Positions 1 to 7,989 of a stretch of 32,000 nt of DNA are shown here, piece by piece (position 1 is the first letter of the stretch; each line of letters begins with the position of its first letter). Under the pieces are notes generated by a model. It saw only the letters and a list, made by a program, of their open reading frames with translations, did no database searches and was not told the DNA's origin. This stretch comes from an uncultured Opitutales bacterium. GTDB lineage: Bacteria; Verrucomicrobiota; Verrucomicrobiia; Opitutales; Intestinicryptomonadaceae. A program made the position numbers and the translations under genes. Where the stretch lies: NCBI GenBank assembly GCA_934660865.1, contig CAKUIA010000001.1, positions 173,226-205,225 on the forward strand. Direction: 5' to 3'.

Positions 1-119
1 TTTAAAAAAGCTCCAAGTATGTTTAGTTTCCATAAGCCGTTAAAATATATAAACAGCCTATAAAACGGGCGCGCAATTTGTCAAATATGCTTTGCTTTAA
101 AAGGCACAAAAAAAGCTTA

Positions 120-194
120 TGGCACCCCCTATCGGATTCGAACCGATGTTTTCTGAATGAGATTCAGAAGTCCTAACCACTAGACGATGGGGGC
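120..194 (-). tRNA. tRNA-Glu (anticodon CTC), 3' CCA encoded
   Basis: The reverse complement reads GCCCCCA-TC-GTCT-AGTGGTTA-GGAC-T-TCTGA-ATCTCAT-TCAGA-AAAC-ATCGG-TTCGAAT-CCGAT-AGGGGGT-G-CCA. This is a full cloverleaf with a GTTCGAAT T-arm and a 7-nt anticodon loop carrying CTC at positions 34-36. As I fold it, the acceptor stem has G1.T72 and A7.A66 irregular pairs. Confidence 0.85.
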
Positions 195-232
195 ACTATA
201 AGCTAAAATCAATTCAGGAAATATCGCCAAAA

Positions 233-260
233 GCCGCAGAATTGTCAAGCAATTTGCGGC
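233..260. terminator. GC-ended hairpin flanked by T-runs on both strands; probable terminator of the DUF805 gene
   Basis: gccgcagaattg / caatt-tgcggc is a near-perfect inverted repeat. It is followed by attttttt on the + strand and by TTTTGG on the - strand, 38 nt downstream of the stop at 298. Confidence 0.55.
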
Positions 261-297
261 ATTTTTTTGACGCAAAAAAACCAAACAATGCGCGCCG

Positions 298-789
298 TTA
301 TATGTCTATCGTATCGCCGTTTTGCTTGTCGGGATTTTCGGCGGCAACAACCGTTTGGGACTGTTGCGAACTTTTACATTCGTCTTTGAAGAAAGTTGCA
401 CCGTATTTATTGTCGGAACTTTGCCCCCTGCAAAAAAGCAGGATAATAAACACAACAAAACTTGCAATAGGGACAAGCGACAACACCGAAAACCAGCCGC
501 TTAGCCCCAAATCGTGAAAGCGTTTTGCGGATATTGCCAGCGTTGTATAGCTTATCACAATCTGAAATGGCAAAAATATAAATCTGGCGAGATTGGACGT
601 TAAAATATCCTCTGCACTGGCCCCGTTCATGGAAAGGCCAATGGCAAAGGGAACCATTATAAACACTGCCAAAAGCCCGAAGAACAGACTGGACAATATA
701 GAATAGATTAAGTAGTCCAAACGCCCTATTCTTCCCTTAAAGGAAAAGAACATTCTGACACACTTTTTTATAAAACTTTCTTTTTGCAT
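298..789 (-). CDS. DUF805 (YhaH/YhaI-like) inner-membrane protein
   Basis: N-terminal FKGRIGRLDY motif, several hydrophobic helices, then AKRFHDLGLSGWF and a C-terminal NKYG, the signature pattern of DUF805. The start could instead be Met13 (753). Confidence 0.8.
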   Translation of the reverse strand: MQKESFIKKCVRMFFSFKGRIGRLDYLIYSILSSLFFGLLAVFIMVPFAIGLSMNGASAEDILTSNLARFIFLPFQIVISYTTLAISAKRFHDLGLSGWFSVLSLVPIASFVVFIILLFCRGQSSDNKYGATFFKDECKSSQQSQTVVAAENPDKQNGDTIDI

Positions 790-853
790 ATTTAGATTAT
801 AATCGCAAAAAATGCCTACTATTCAAGCAAATTGAAGCGGCAAATTTTTGCAC

Positions 854-883
854 AAAAAAATCTCCGAAGCAACTTTCGGAGAT
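854..883 (-). terminator. Rho-independent terminator after metY
   Basis: The minus strand reads ATCTCCGAA-AGTTGC-TTCGGAGAT followed by TTTTTTT, 37 nt downstream of the metY stop (920). Confidence 0.8.
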
Positions 884-919
884 TTTCGTTTTTGCCTTTT
901 GCGGGAATACCGATTGTCC

Positions 920-2194
920 TTACAAAACGCTGTCGAGCGCCTCTTTTAGGTCGTCGATATGCTCCAGGCCAATCGAAAGGCGTATAAGCTCGGGAGTTAG
1001 ACCGCTTGCCGCCTGCTGGGCTTCGTCTAGCTGCGAGTGCGAAGTTGAAGATGGGTGCAAAATAAGGCTTTTTGAGTCGCCTACGTTTGCAAGGTTGCTG
1101 AAAAGCGGGATATTGTCTACCAACTTTACCGCCGCATTGTAGCCGCCCTTTACGCCGAATACTACCATTCCGCCGAAGCCATTTTTAAGATATTTGCTTG
1201 CAAGCGGGTAGCTTGGGTCGTCGGGCAAGCCGGGGTAGCGAACCCACGAAACCGACTTGTGCGCCTTAAGGAATTTTGCGATTTCAAGCGCGTTTTCGCT
1301 GTGGCGCTTTATGCGCAAAGGCAAACTTTGCAAGCCCTGCAAAAATATCCACGCGGCGTCGGGGGCAAGGGTTGGCCCTATGTTGCGCAAGCCTACCGTT
1401 CTTAGCCTTAAGATGAAGGCAAGCTTGTTGTTTTCGCCCAAGTCGTGCGCAAAGCGCAGGCCGTGGTAGCCGCCGTCGGGCTCGTTATACAACGCAAACT
1501 TTTTGTCGCTCCAGTCGAAATTGCCCGCGTCTATAACTGCGCCGCCAATGCCCGTGCCGTGCCCGCCAATCCATTTGGAAAGCGAGTGTATTACAATGTT
1601 CGCGCCGTAGTCTATCGAGCGTATCAATGTAGGAGGCGTAAAAGTTGCGTCTACAATCAGGGGCAGGTGGTATTCTTTTGCGATTTTCGCGTAGCCTTCA
1701 ATGTCGGCCGCGTCCAAAACGGGGTTGCCCAAAGTTTCTATGTAAATCGCGCGCGTGCGCTCGTTTATGGCGGCCTTTACTTCGGCAAAATCGTTTACCT
1801 TTGTAAAGTGCGCCTTAATGCCGAACTGCGGCAAAATGGAATTGAACTGAACGTAGGTGCCGCCGTAAAGGTTGTTGGCGGCTACCAGCTCGTCGCCCGC
1901 TTTTAATATGTTGGTTATGGCAAACGCTATTGCCGCCGTGCCCGACGAAAGCGTAAGGGCAGCCGCCCCGCCCTCTAAGGCTGCAAGCCTCTTTTCGAGA
2001 ACGTCGTTTGTCGGGTTCATTAAGCGGGCGTATATGTTGCCCGGTTCTCTCAGGGCAAAAAGGTCTGCACCGTGCTTTGCGCTTTTAAAGTTAAAAGCCG
2101 TTGTTCTGTATACGGGAACGGCCCTTGCCAATGTAGTCGGGTCGGGAACCTGCCCTGCGTGAAGTGCCAATGTTTCGGGTCTGTAGTTGCTCAT
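920..2194 (-). CDS. metY: O-acetylhomoserine sulfhydrylase / aminocarboxypropyltransferase (PLP, Cys/Met-metabolism family)
   Basis: 424 aa. It carries [26 protein letters not shown] and the PLP-lysine motif [11 protein letters not shown], which are typical of MetY/MetZ-type enzymes. Confidence 0.9.
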   Translation of the reverse strand: MSNYRPETLALHAGQVPDPTTLARAVPVYRTTAFNFKSAKHGADLFALREPGNIYARLMNPTNDVLEKRLAALEGGAAALTLSSGTAAIAFAITNILKAGDELVAANNLYGGTYVQFNSILPQFGIKAHFTKVNDFAEVKAAINERTRAIYIETLGNPVLDAADIEGYAKIAKEYHLPLIVDATFTPPTLIRSIDYGANIVIHSLSKWIGGHGTGIGGAVIDAGNFDWSDKKFALYNEPDGGYHGLRFAHDLGENNKLAFILRLRTVGLRNIGPTLAPDAAWIFLQGLQSLPLRIKRHSENALEIAKFLKAHKSVSWVRYPGLPDDPSYPLASKYLKNGFGGMVVFGVKGGYNAAVKLVDNIPLFSNLANVGDSKSLILHPSSTSHSQLDEAQQAASGLTPELIRLSIGLEHIDDLKEALDSVL

Positions 2195-2235
2195 TTTATT
2201 TTCCTTTCAAATAGTTTGTTGGTGTTTTGTTGGTG

Positions 2236-3234
2236 TTAAAATTCGTATTTTATAGAGGCCGCCCATGCGGTGTTTTCGCGTGTATTTAAAACCGTGCCCA
2301 AGTGGCCGTAGCCCGCGGTAACAGTAAGGTGCTCGTTTACAACGGCCGCAAGCCCTATCGTCCACCAGTCGCTTTCTTCGCCTACAAGCTGTTTGGAGCC
2401 CGCGCTTATCGGCGAATATTGGTTTATCTTTTGGCGGTATTCAAAGGCCGCAAAAAGCCAGTCGGTTATGCCGAATACCGCGTTGCCTTCGGCGGAAAAT
2501 TCGTATTTGCCGGAATAGCCCGTATAGCCCAAGTTTGAAGCGTCGGTAGCCCTGCCCGTAATCGACAAAATTAGAGGGTGCCCGTAAATCAAAAATGTTT
2601 TCGAAGCGGTTATGGTAAATTCAACGCCGTATTCCCTGTCGTAGCCCTTTTGCGAAAGCAGGCCGCCGAGGTTGTCGTTTATTTCGCCAATGCCGTCGTT
2701 ATACTTGCCATGAACGCCAACCGTTATTGCCGGCACAAAGCCTTCGTAAAAATCGTTTTCCTTTATCACGTTAAAGCGGGCGTTTACGGTGTGCAGCCAA
2801 ACGTCGTTGCGGTCTATATTTGCCCCCGCATACTGCAAAATGTCGCTTTGCAGCGAACCCGTGCCGAAGCGGCTTGCGTTGTACGAAAGCTCCAATTTGC
2901 CGAACAGCGTTTCGCTTACTACAAAGCTTTCAACATTCTTTTGGCGCGCGTTAACGTAGGTTGCGCCAAAACTTGGCAGGGCAAAATCGGTGCCTTCGGG
3001 CCCCGGGTTTACCAAATAGGCTATGGGGGTTAAAACCACGCCGCCTACGCCGTCTATTGTAAACAAAGGCAAAGGAGCTGCCTTTTGCGGCTTTGCGCTT
3101 TGCTGCGTTTTGTTTGCGGCCTCTTTGGGCTGGGCGGCTTCGGCGTTAATGGCGGCTTCGTTCGAGGCCGCATAGGTTATGGGAGAAACGGCAAGGATTG
3201 CCGCCAGTTTATATATTGCAGAAATTTGTTTCAT
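2236..3234 (-). CDS. Outer-membrane beta-barrel protein, family not assigned
   Basis: Sec signal peptide (MKQISAIYKLAAILAVSPITYA/AS), alternating beta-strand-like pattern, and a C-terminal ...SIKYEF ending in aromatic Phe (OMP/BAM signature). It lies 41 bp upstream of metY on the same strand. Confidence 0.7.
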   Translation of the reverse strand: MKQISAIYKLAAILAVSPITYAASNEAAINAEAAQPKEAANKTQQSAKPQKAAPLPLFTIDGVGGVVLTPIAYLVNPGPEGTDFALPSFGATYVNARQKNVESFVVSETLFGKLELSYNASRFGTGSLQSDILQYAGANIDRNDVWLHTVNARFNVIKENDFYEGFVPAITVGVHGKYNDGIGEINDNLGGLLSQKGYDREYGVEFTITASKTFLIYGHPLILSITGRATDASNLGYTGYSGKYEFSAEGNAVFGITDWLFAAFEYRQKINQYSPISAGSKQLVGEESDWWTIGLAAVVNEHLTVTAGYGHLGTVLNTRENTAWAASIKYEF

Positions 3235-3556
3235 TTTTATTGTCCTTATGCTTTTTAATTTTTTTGTTTGTTTAATTTTTGCCTTTAATGGCGTGTTTGT
3301 TTTTTTGTCGATTTCCGTTTAAGAGCAACGGCGGCCAATTCCTTTTTTTGGAACAACGGTTAAACCGCCGCCGCAAACATTCGCATAGAACAACAACAGC
3401 TTTGTTTTTCGCTTATAAGATCGTAAAAATCTTTGTTGTGTGAAAATTGCCTGTAAGTTTCAAATTTCATTATGTCTACCGTTATGGTAATGTATTTTTA
3501 AAAGTCAACACATTTTTTAAAAATTTTTTATTTTTTAGTAAAATAGCCGTATAACT

Positions 3557-3586
3557 TGCATATTTACTGCATATTTTTGCATATAT
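3557..3586. repeat. Three direct TGCATAT repeats at 10-11 bp spacing in a 573-bp intergenic region
   Basis: TGCATATTT at 3557, TGCATATTT at 3568 and TGCATATAT at 3578. Confidence 0.6.
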
Positions 3587-3807
3587 TCGCCCGATTTGCC
3601 CCAAATATTTTTCATAATATAGGCAATATAAAAGCCATTCACTACTTTTTTAATAGCGTAATATGCGCAACAGGAAAATGTGCGGCTAAAATGCGTATGC
3701 AATAAACGAATAAATAAAACAACAGTGCTTTTATTTTGAGAATACAACAGCCAAAAAAGTTTCCGATAAAAACATGTGGCAACCTACAATTTATCCACCA
3801 ATAAAAA

Positions 3808-4329
3808 ATGAGAATCTTTACCGCTATTTTGCTTATAATTTTGTGCATATTCCTGTTCGATTGCTCAACGCAGCCCAAGCTTGAGCCGCAGACCGCGCAA
3901 AATATAGACATAAGAAAATATATGGGGCTTTGGCACGAGGTTGCGCGCTCGAAAAACCTTTTTGAAAACAACATTGTAAGCGCCCAAGCCCAATATTCGC
4001 TAAATGCCGACAACACCGTAAGCGTGCTAAACACAGGCACGCGCAAAAACGGCATAACAAAAAACATAAAAGGCAAAGCCTACGCCCCAAACCTGCACGA
4101 CTTTTCAAAGCTAAGGGTTACATTTTTTTGGCCCTTTTACGGCGACTACAATATTTTGGCCGTAGGCGAAAACTACAACTGGGCGCTTGTAGGCGGCGAC
4201 AAATATTTGTGGATACTTTCCAGAACCATTCCCATACCCAGAAGCGAGCTAAACGACATTCTGCAAAAAGCAGCCTCTTTAGGCTACACAACCGACAACC
4301 TAATATACAACCAAAACACGGTAAAATAA
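3808..4329 (+). CDS. blc: Bacterial lipocalin (Blc-type outer-membrane lipoprotein)
   Basis: 173 aa with a signal peptide containing Cys. The motifs YMGLWHEVAR, FFWPFYGDYNILA and DKYLWILSRT match E. coli Blc (YLGTWYEIAR, FFGPFYGGYNVIA, DYLWILSRTP). Confidence 0.9.
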   Translation: MRIFTAILLIILCIFLFDCSTQPKLEPQTAQNIDIRKYMGLWHEVARSKNLFENNIVSAQAQYSLNADNTVSVLNTGTRKNGITKNIKGKAYAPNLHDFSKLRVTFFWPFYGDYNILAVGENYNWALVGGDKYLWILSRTIPIPRSELNDILQKAASLGYTTDNLIYNQNTVK

Positions 4330-4378
4330 GCTTTGTATTTTTTGATGTAAATTATAACAAAAACAAAAAATACAAAGC
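4330..4378. terminator. 14-bp perfect inverted repeat between convergent genes (bidirectional terminator-like hairpin)
   Basis: GCTTTGTATTTTTT (4330-4343) and AAAAAATACAAAGC (4365-4378) with a 21-nt loop. It sits exactly between the blc stop (4329) and the activase stop (4386). Confidence 0.55.
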
Positions 4379-4385
4379 GACAAAC

Positions 4386-5168
4386 TCACGGCAAACTTAC
4401 GGTTTTTTTTGTCAATCCAGAGAGTTTTTCTGCAATTATTTTTCCGTAATATAAATCGGGCATATCCGCCTTAAAGTACGGCTTTTTCAAAGCGATAGCC
4501 TTTTCTATACCGAAGGGAACATATGGTTCTATATGAATCTCCGACACCGACGAAAACGAATTTGCCATGTCTGCAATTTTTTGCAAACAAAACCCGCTGT
4601 CGTTTAAAGAAGGAATCATAGGGCACCGCAAGAAAATGCGAGTACATGCATATTCGGCATTTTCCGCAATAGCCTTGTCTATAAAATTAAGATTATCAAC
4701 AACTACATTTAACGGCTTGCCCGTATATTCAAAATGCTTTTTTTCGTCTAAAATTTTTATGTCAAAAAGCCATAAATCTACCAACGGCAAAAAGCGCGCA
4801 AGCACAGACTTTGCAGCATAACCGCTAGTTTCCACCGCCGTATGCACCCCGTGCGATTTTGCGCCTTCCAACAACTCAACAGCAAAATCGGGCGCAGCCA
4901 AAACCTCTCCACCCGAAAGCGTAAGCCCGCCAGCCGACGCATCGTAAAAATCCTTGTCTTTTAAGACTTCGTTTAAAACCGCCTTAGCAGACATTACTTT
5001 GCCTATAGGCGTTCCGTCGGGATACTGCCCTATTCCGAAATCCTGACTTTCTGGAGAATGGCACCAAATGCAGCGCAACGGACACCCCCTAAGGAACACA
5101 ACAGTGCGTATTCCGGGGCCGTCGTGGGTTGAAAATTTGTCTATTTTTAAGACAACCGCTTTTTGCAT
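4386..5168 (-). CDS. Glycyl-radical enzyme activating enzyme (radical SAM, short PflA type)
   Basis: Motifs STHDGPGIRTVVFLRGCPLRCIWCHSPE (CX3CX2C) and GGLTLSGGE. I chose Met29 of the tracked ORF (ATG at 5168) because it lies 5 bp after the GRE stop; the longer ORF would overlap the GRE by 79 nt. There is no extra ferredoxin-like Cys cluster. Confidence 0.9.
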   Translation of the reverse strand: MQKAVVLKIDKFSTHDGPGIRTVVFLRGCPLRCIWCHSPESQDFGIGQYPDGTPIGKVMSAKAVLNEVLKDKDFYDASAGGLTLSGGEVLAAPDFAVELLEGAKSHGVHTAVETSGYAAKSVLARFLPLVDLWLFDIKILDEKKHFEYTGKPLNVVVDNLNFIDKAIAENAEYACTRIFLRCPMIPSLNDSGFCLQKIADMANSFSSVSEIHIEPYVPFGIEKAIALKKPYFKADMPDLYYGKIIAEKLSGLTKKTVSLP

Positions 5169-5173
5169 GGACT

Positions 5174-7543
5174 CTACACAAGCCTGTGTCGTTCTATAAC
5201 CTCGTTTTGCCAACGTTCCGACAAAGCGACAAAACGCGCAGAAAAACCGCATACTTTCACCATTAAATCCATGTGGCGTTCGGGGTGCTTTTGCGCGTCT
5301 ATAAGGTCTTCTACAGAATTGCAGTTAGGCTGCAAAAGGTGCCCGCATTTCTTTGCAAAAACCCTAAATATGGCGGCAAAAGTCTCGGCACTCATAGCGT
5401 GCTTGTCGAAAGTAAGATTGGCGTTCGATGCAATCAGACATTCGTGAGGAAGCGTTGCGATAGAGTTCAAAACCGTTGTAATACCCTCTTTGCAGCGGTA
5501 TTCGCTGGGCGAAAATCCCTGCGCAAAGCGGTCGCCGTTGTACCTGCCGTCGGGAGTCGCCTTTGCACCGTTTCCCCAATACATAAACTCTCTATATATC
5601 AAAATCGCCAAGTGGTACGAATCGTTTTGGTCGGTCGTAAAACCCTCTATGTCGTCGTGAATTTTCCGCATCCACCACACCATTTGCTCGCACGACTTTT
5701 TCGAACCGTCGCCCCAATACGGAGCCTTTAACACCTCTGCGCGCAAACGTTGTCCGTCGTCGCCCTCCCAGTTGTTTCGAACGGCATTCAGCAGCTCTTT
5801 TATAGTGCAAATTTTTTTGTCGAAACAAACGTATTCTATTGCCAACAGCGAATCCACAACATTGCCCAAAAACGCCAAAGTGATTACGCGCGGGCGAGAT
5901 GCTACACCGCCGTCGGTAGTATCGCGTCGGCTTTCTATTGCACCTTTTAGACACATAGAATATACGGGATAAGGCGAAACCTTCGCAATTTGCCTTCCGT
6001 ACCTAGTATATTGCCCCATCGCACTCCTGAAAAACTTTATAAAATTCCTGTATGCAATGCGCTGCGCATCGCCCGCGCTCTTTGCGTTTTGCAGGGGTTC
6101 AATTTCTATTTGCGCCTCTTTTTCTAAATTTTTATCCTGGTATATTGAAAGCTCCAAAGTTCTTACAACGGAAACATAGTTTGCGTCGTCTACGTCCATT
6201 ACCGAATCTATGTAGCCATTCCAACAACCGCACGCAACATATTCCCTTGCATCCTCGTCAGAAAAACCGCAATTTTTGTAATATGGAATATGGCGGTCGT
6301 CGTTAAACAGCGCAAACACACAATGCCCCTTCATAAGCATATCTCCGATTTGCAGGAAATATTCTTGCGGCGAATTAGACGATATCCTGCAATGCAATTT
6401 TGGGAATACACAATCTGCGGCATAGTGCATTTCTATAAACATTTTTGTTAGGTCGTTATACACTACGTTCCCGTATTTGTCGCACCCGCCCAATGTTATG
6501 GGAATTTCCATTTCGTGGTCGTCGTATCCGTCTACCTTGCGCATACCGTCGTGATGGCAATCGGCGGTAATCATAAATTTTGCAATCAATTCCTTTGCCT
6601 GGGCTACAGTTAAACGCCCTTCGGCTATGTCGGCCTTGTACAGGCCATACAGCCAAGCATCGCAACGCCCCATTGCATACACAGAAACCCCGTCTATATA
6701 GCCGAGTATTTCGCGCATAAACCAAAGAGTGTTTAGCCCTTCGTAAAATGTTTTCGGCGGTTCCCACGGGCAACGCTTTGCGGATTGCGCAATCATATTA
6801 AAGTTATTGCGCTGCCTTTCGGTTAAAGACGGGTCTTTTAAACGCCTTTCTGCTTCGTCTGCAAACGAAAGCTGTATCTTATGCAGCGTTTTCAATCCTT
6901 CAATAGCTGTCTGCAACTCCTTTTTGCCCAATATATCGTCGCTTGGACAGCTCTTTAACGCTGCTTGAACATCGGCATAAACGCCGCCAAAACCCTTGCT
7001 TAAAATTGTTCTCGCAGGTGGAATATGGTGAATTGAATCGACAAAAGGCCCGCAACAAAGCGTGAGGCGTTCTTTATTGCGCCTCTTGAACACCTTAAAG
7101 GCTTCGTCGGGAATCAAGTTTTTTTCACGGTAAAAACGCGAACAAAGATGCCAAGCCATTCTGGCTGGGCGCGCTCCCGCCCAGCCACCGTTTACGCCAG
7201 CTTCAAAATAAAACGGCGATTCGGTAAAAATAAACGGGACAAAGTGCGTACGCATAGACTCGTACAATTTTTTGCGTATATCCAATGCATCATAATTGGG
7301 GTTGAGTTTTGTATACGCGATTATTTCGCTCTGAATTTTCTTTACGCTGTCTATTTGTCTAATGTCTTTTGCTTTACCGTGGCATTCGTCAGGATAAAAA
7401 GCGCGAAGCTGCTTGCGTAAAGCCGCATAGTCTTCGGAGCAATTTAAACTTGAAGCCCCAAGCACGCCATTGCCGGCAAAAACCGTTGCAGTTGCTGCCA
7501 TAGCCGTATTTTTTAAAAAATTTCTCCTCGATATCATATACAT
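5174..7543 (-). CDS. Glycyl radical enzyme (PFL-like family), substrate unknown, with an N-terminal twin-arginine signal peptide
   Basis: 789 aa. C-terminal glycyl-radical motif DLMVKVCGFSARF (Gly766), TPDGR motif, and Cys loop YVACGCWNG (Cys440, 326 residues before the Gly, as in PFL). The N-terminus MISRRNFLKNTAMAATATVFAGNGVLGASS matches the Tat consensus S-R-R-x-F-L-K followed by an h-region. Confidence 0.9.
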   Translation of the reverse strand: MYMISRRNFLKNTAMAATATVFAGNGVLGASSLNCSEDYAALRKQLRAFYPDECHGKAKDIRQIDSVKKIQSEIIAYTKLNPNYDALDIRKKLYESMRTHFVPFIFTESPFYFEAGVNGGWAGARPARMAWHLCSRFYREKNLIPDEAFKVFKRRNKERLTLCCGPFVDSIHHIPPARTILSKGFGGVYADVQAALKSCPSDDILGKKELQTAIEGLKTLHKIQLSFADEAERRLKDPSLTERQRNNFNMIAQSAKRCPWEPPKTFYEGLNTLWFMREILGYIDGVSVYAMGRCDAWLYGLYKADIAEGRLTVAQAKELIAKFMITADCHHDGMRKVDGYDDHEMEIPITLGGCDKYGNVVYNDLTKMFIEMHYAADCVFPKLHCRISSNSPQEYFLQIGDMLMKGHCVFALFNDDRHIPYYKNCGFSDEDAREYVACGCWNGYIDSVMDVDDANYVSVVRTLELSIYQDKNLEKEAQIEIEPLQNAKSAGDAQRIAYRNFIKFFRSAMGQYTRYGRQIAKVSPYPVYSMCLKGAIESRRDTTDGGVASRPRVITLAFLGNVVDSLLAIEYVCFDKKICTIKELLNAVRNNWEGDDGQRLRAEVLKAPYWGDGSKKSCEQMVWWMRKIHDDIEGFTTDQNDSYHLAILIYREFMYWGNGAKATPDGRYNGDRFAQGFSPSEYRCKEGITTVLNSIATLPHECLIASNANLTFDKHAMSAETFAAIFRVFAKKCGHLLQPNCNSVEDLIDAQKHPERHMDLMVKVCGFSARFVALSERWQNEVIERHRLV

Positions 7544-7835
7544 AACATTTTGATTTTAGTATCCGAAGCGACATGGTATTTTACCACCGCAAAATTACAA
7601 GTAAAAAAAACTTTATCACAACTATTCCCGCAATAATTCCAATATTGCGCTACGGAAATTCAAAAAAATACAAATTTAGGGCACCTACCAACCTAATCTA
7701 CAACCTAAATGCAGTAGAATACGATTAGAAACTTAAACACTGCAAAAAATACAGTTTCATTTATTTGTTATAAAATTGTTTTTCAAAACACAACAACAAA
7801 ACAACAAGCACAAAACCGAACCGCCCGCAAACCCA

Positions 7836-7868
7836 ATAAAAATGCGGGTTTTCCGAAGAAACCCGCAT
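7836..7868 (-). terminator. Rho-independent terminator after tRNA-Thr
   Basis: The minus strand reads ATGCGGGTT-TCTTCGGA-AACCCGCAT followed by TTTTATT, 13 nt after the tRNA 3' end. Confidence 0.8.
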
Positions 7869-7880
7869 AAAAATTAACCG

Positions 7881-7953
<73 letters not shown>

Positions 7954-7989
7954 CAAGTATTAAAGCTGTTTATGAAAGCACTAGCGTGT

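Noticed and set aside
103-116. GGCAC-A7-GC with sigma-54-like GG/GC spacing. A similar AAGGCACAAAAAAG occurs at 27931-27944.
   Set aside because: Neither copy has a TTGC -12 element. The first points into the antisense side of tRNA-Glu. The second has the wrong spacing (GT rather than GC) and is part of the nadE terminator hairpin, CCTTAAGCTTTTAAGG.
3235-3500. A SAM riboswitch in the OMP-metY leader.
   Set aside because: I could not find the SAM-I core (GAGGGA kink-turn, GCCC / GGTGC elements) or a convincing SAM-II pseudoknot by eye. It is kept only as an unassigned structured leader that needs an Rfam scan.
3931-3944. TGGCACGAGGTTGC on the + strand, which looks like a sigma-54 promoter.
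   Set aside because: The spacing is TGGCAC-N4-TTGC, one base short of the N5 seen in the three convincing promoters. It also lies inside the blc coding sequence (encoding GLWHEVA) with no downstream target gene.
3535-4108. ORFs of 70, 144 and 91 aa on the minus strand across the blc promoter and coding region.
   Set aside because: The 144-aa and 91-aa ORFs are antisense to blc, which has strong Blc-family motifs. The 70-aa ORF lies in AT-rich intergenic DNA and has an implausible composition.
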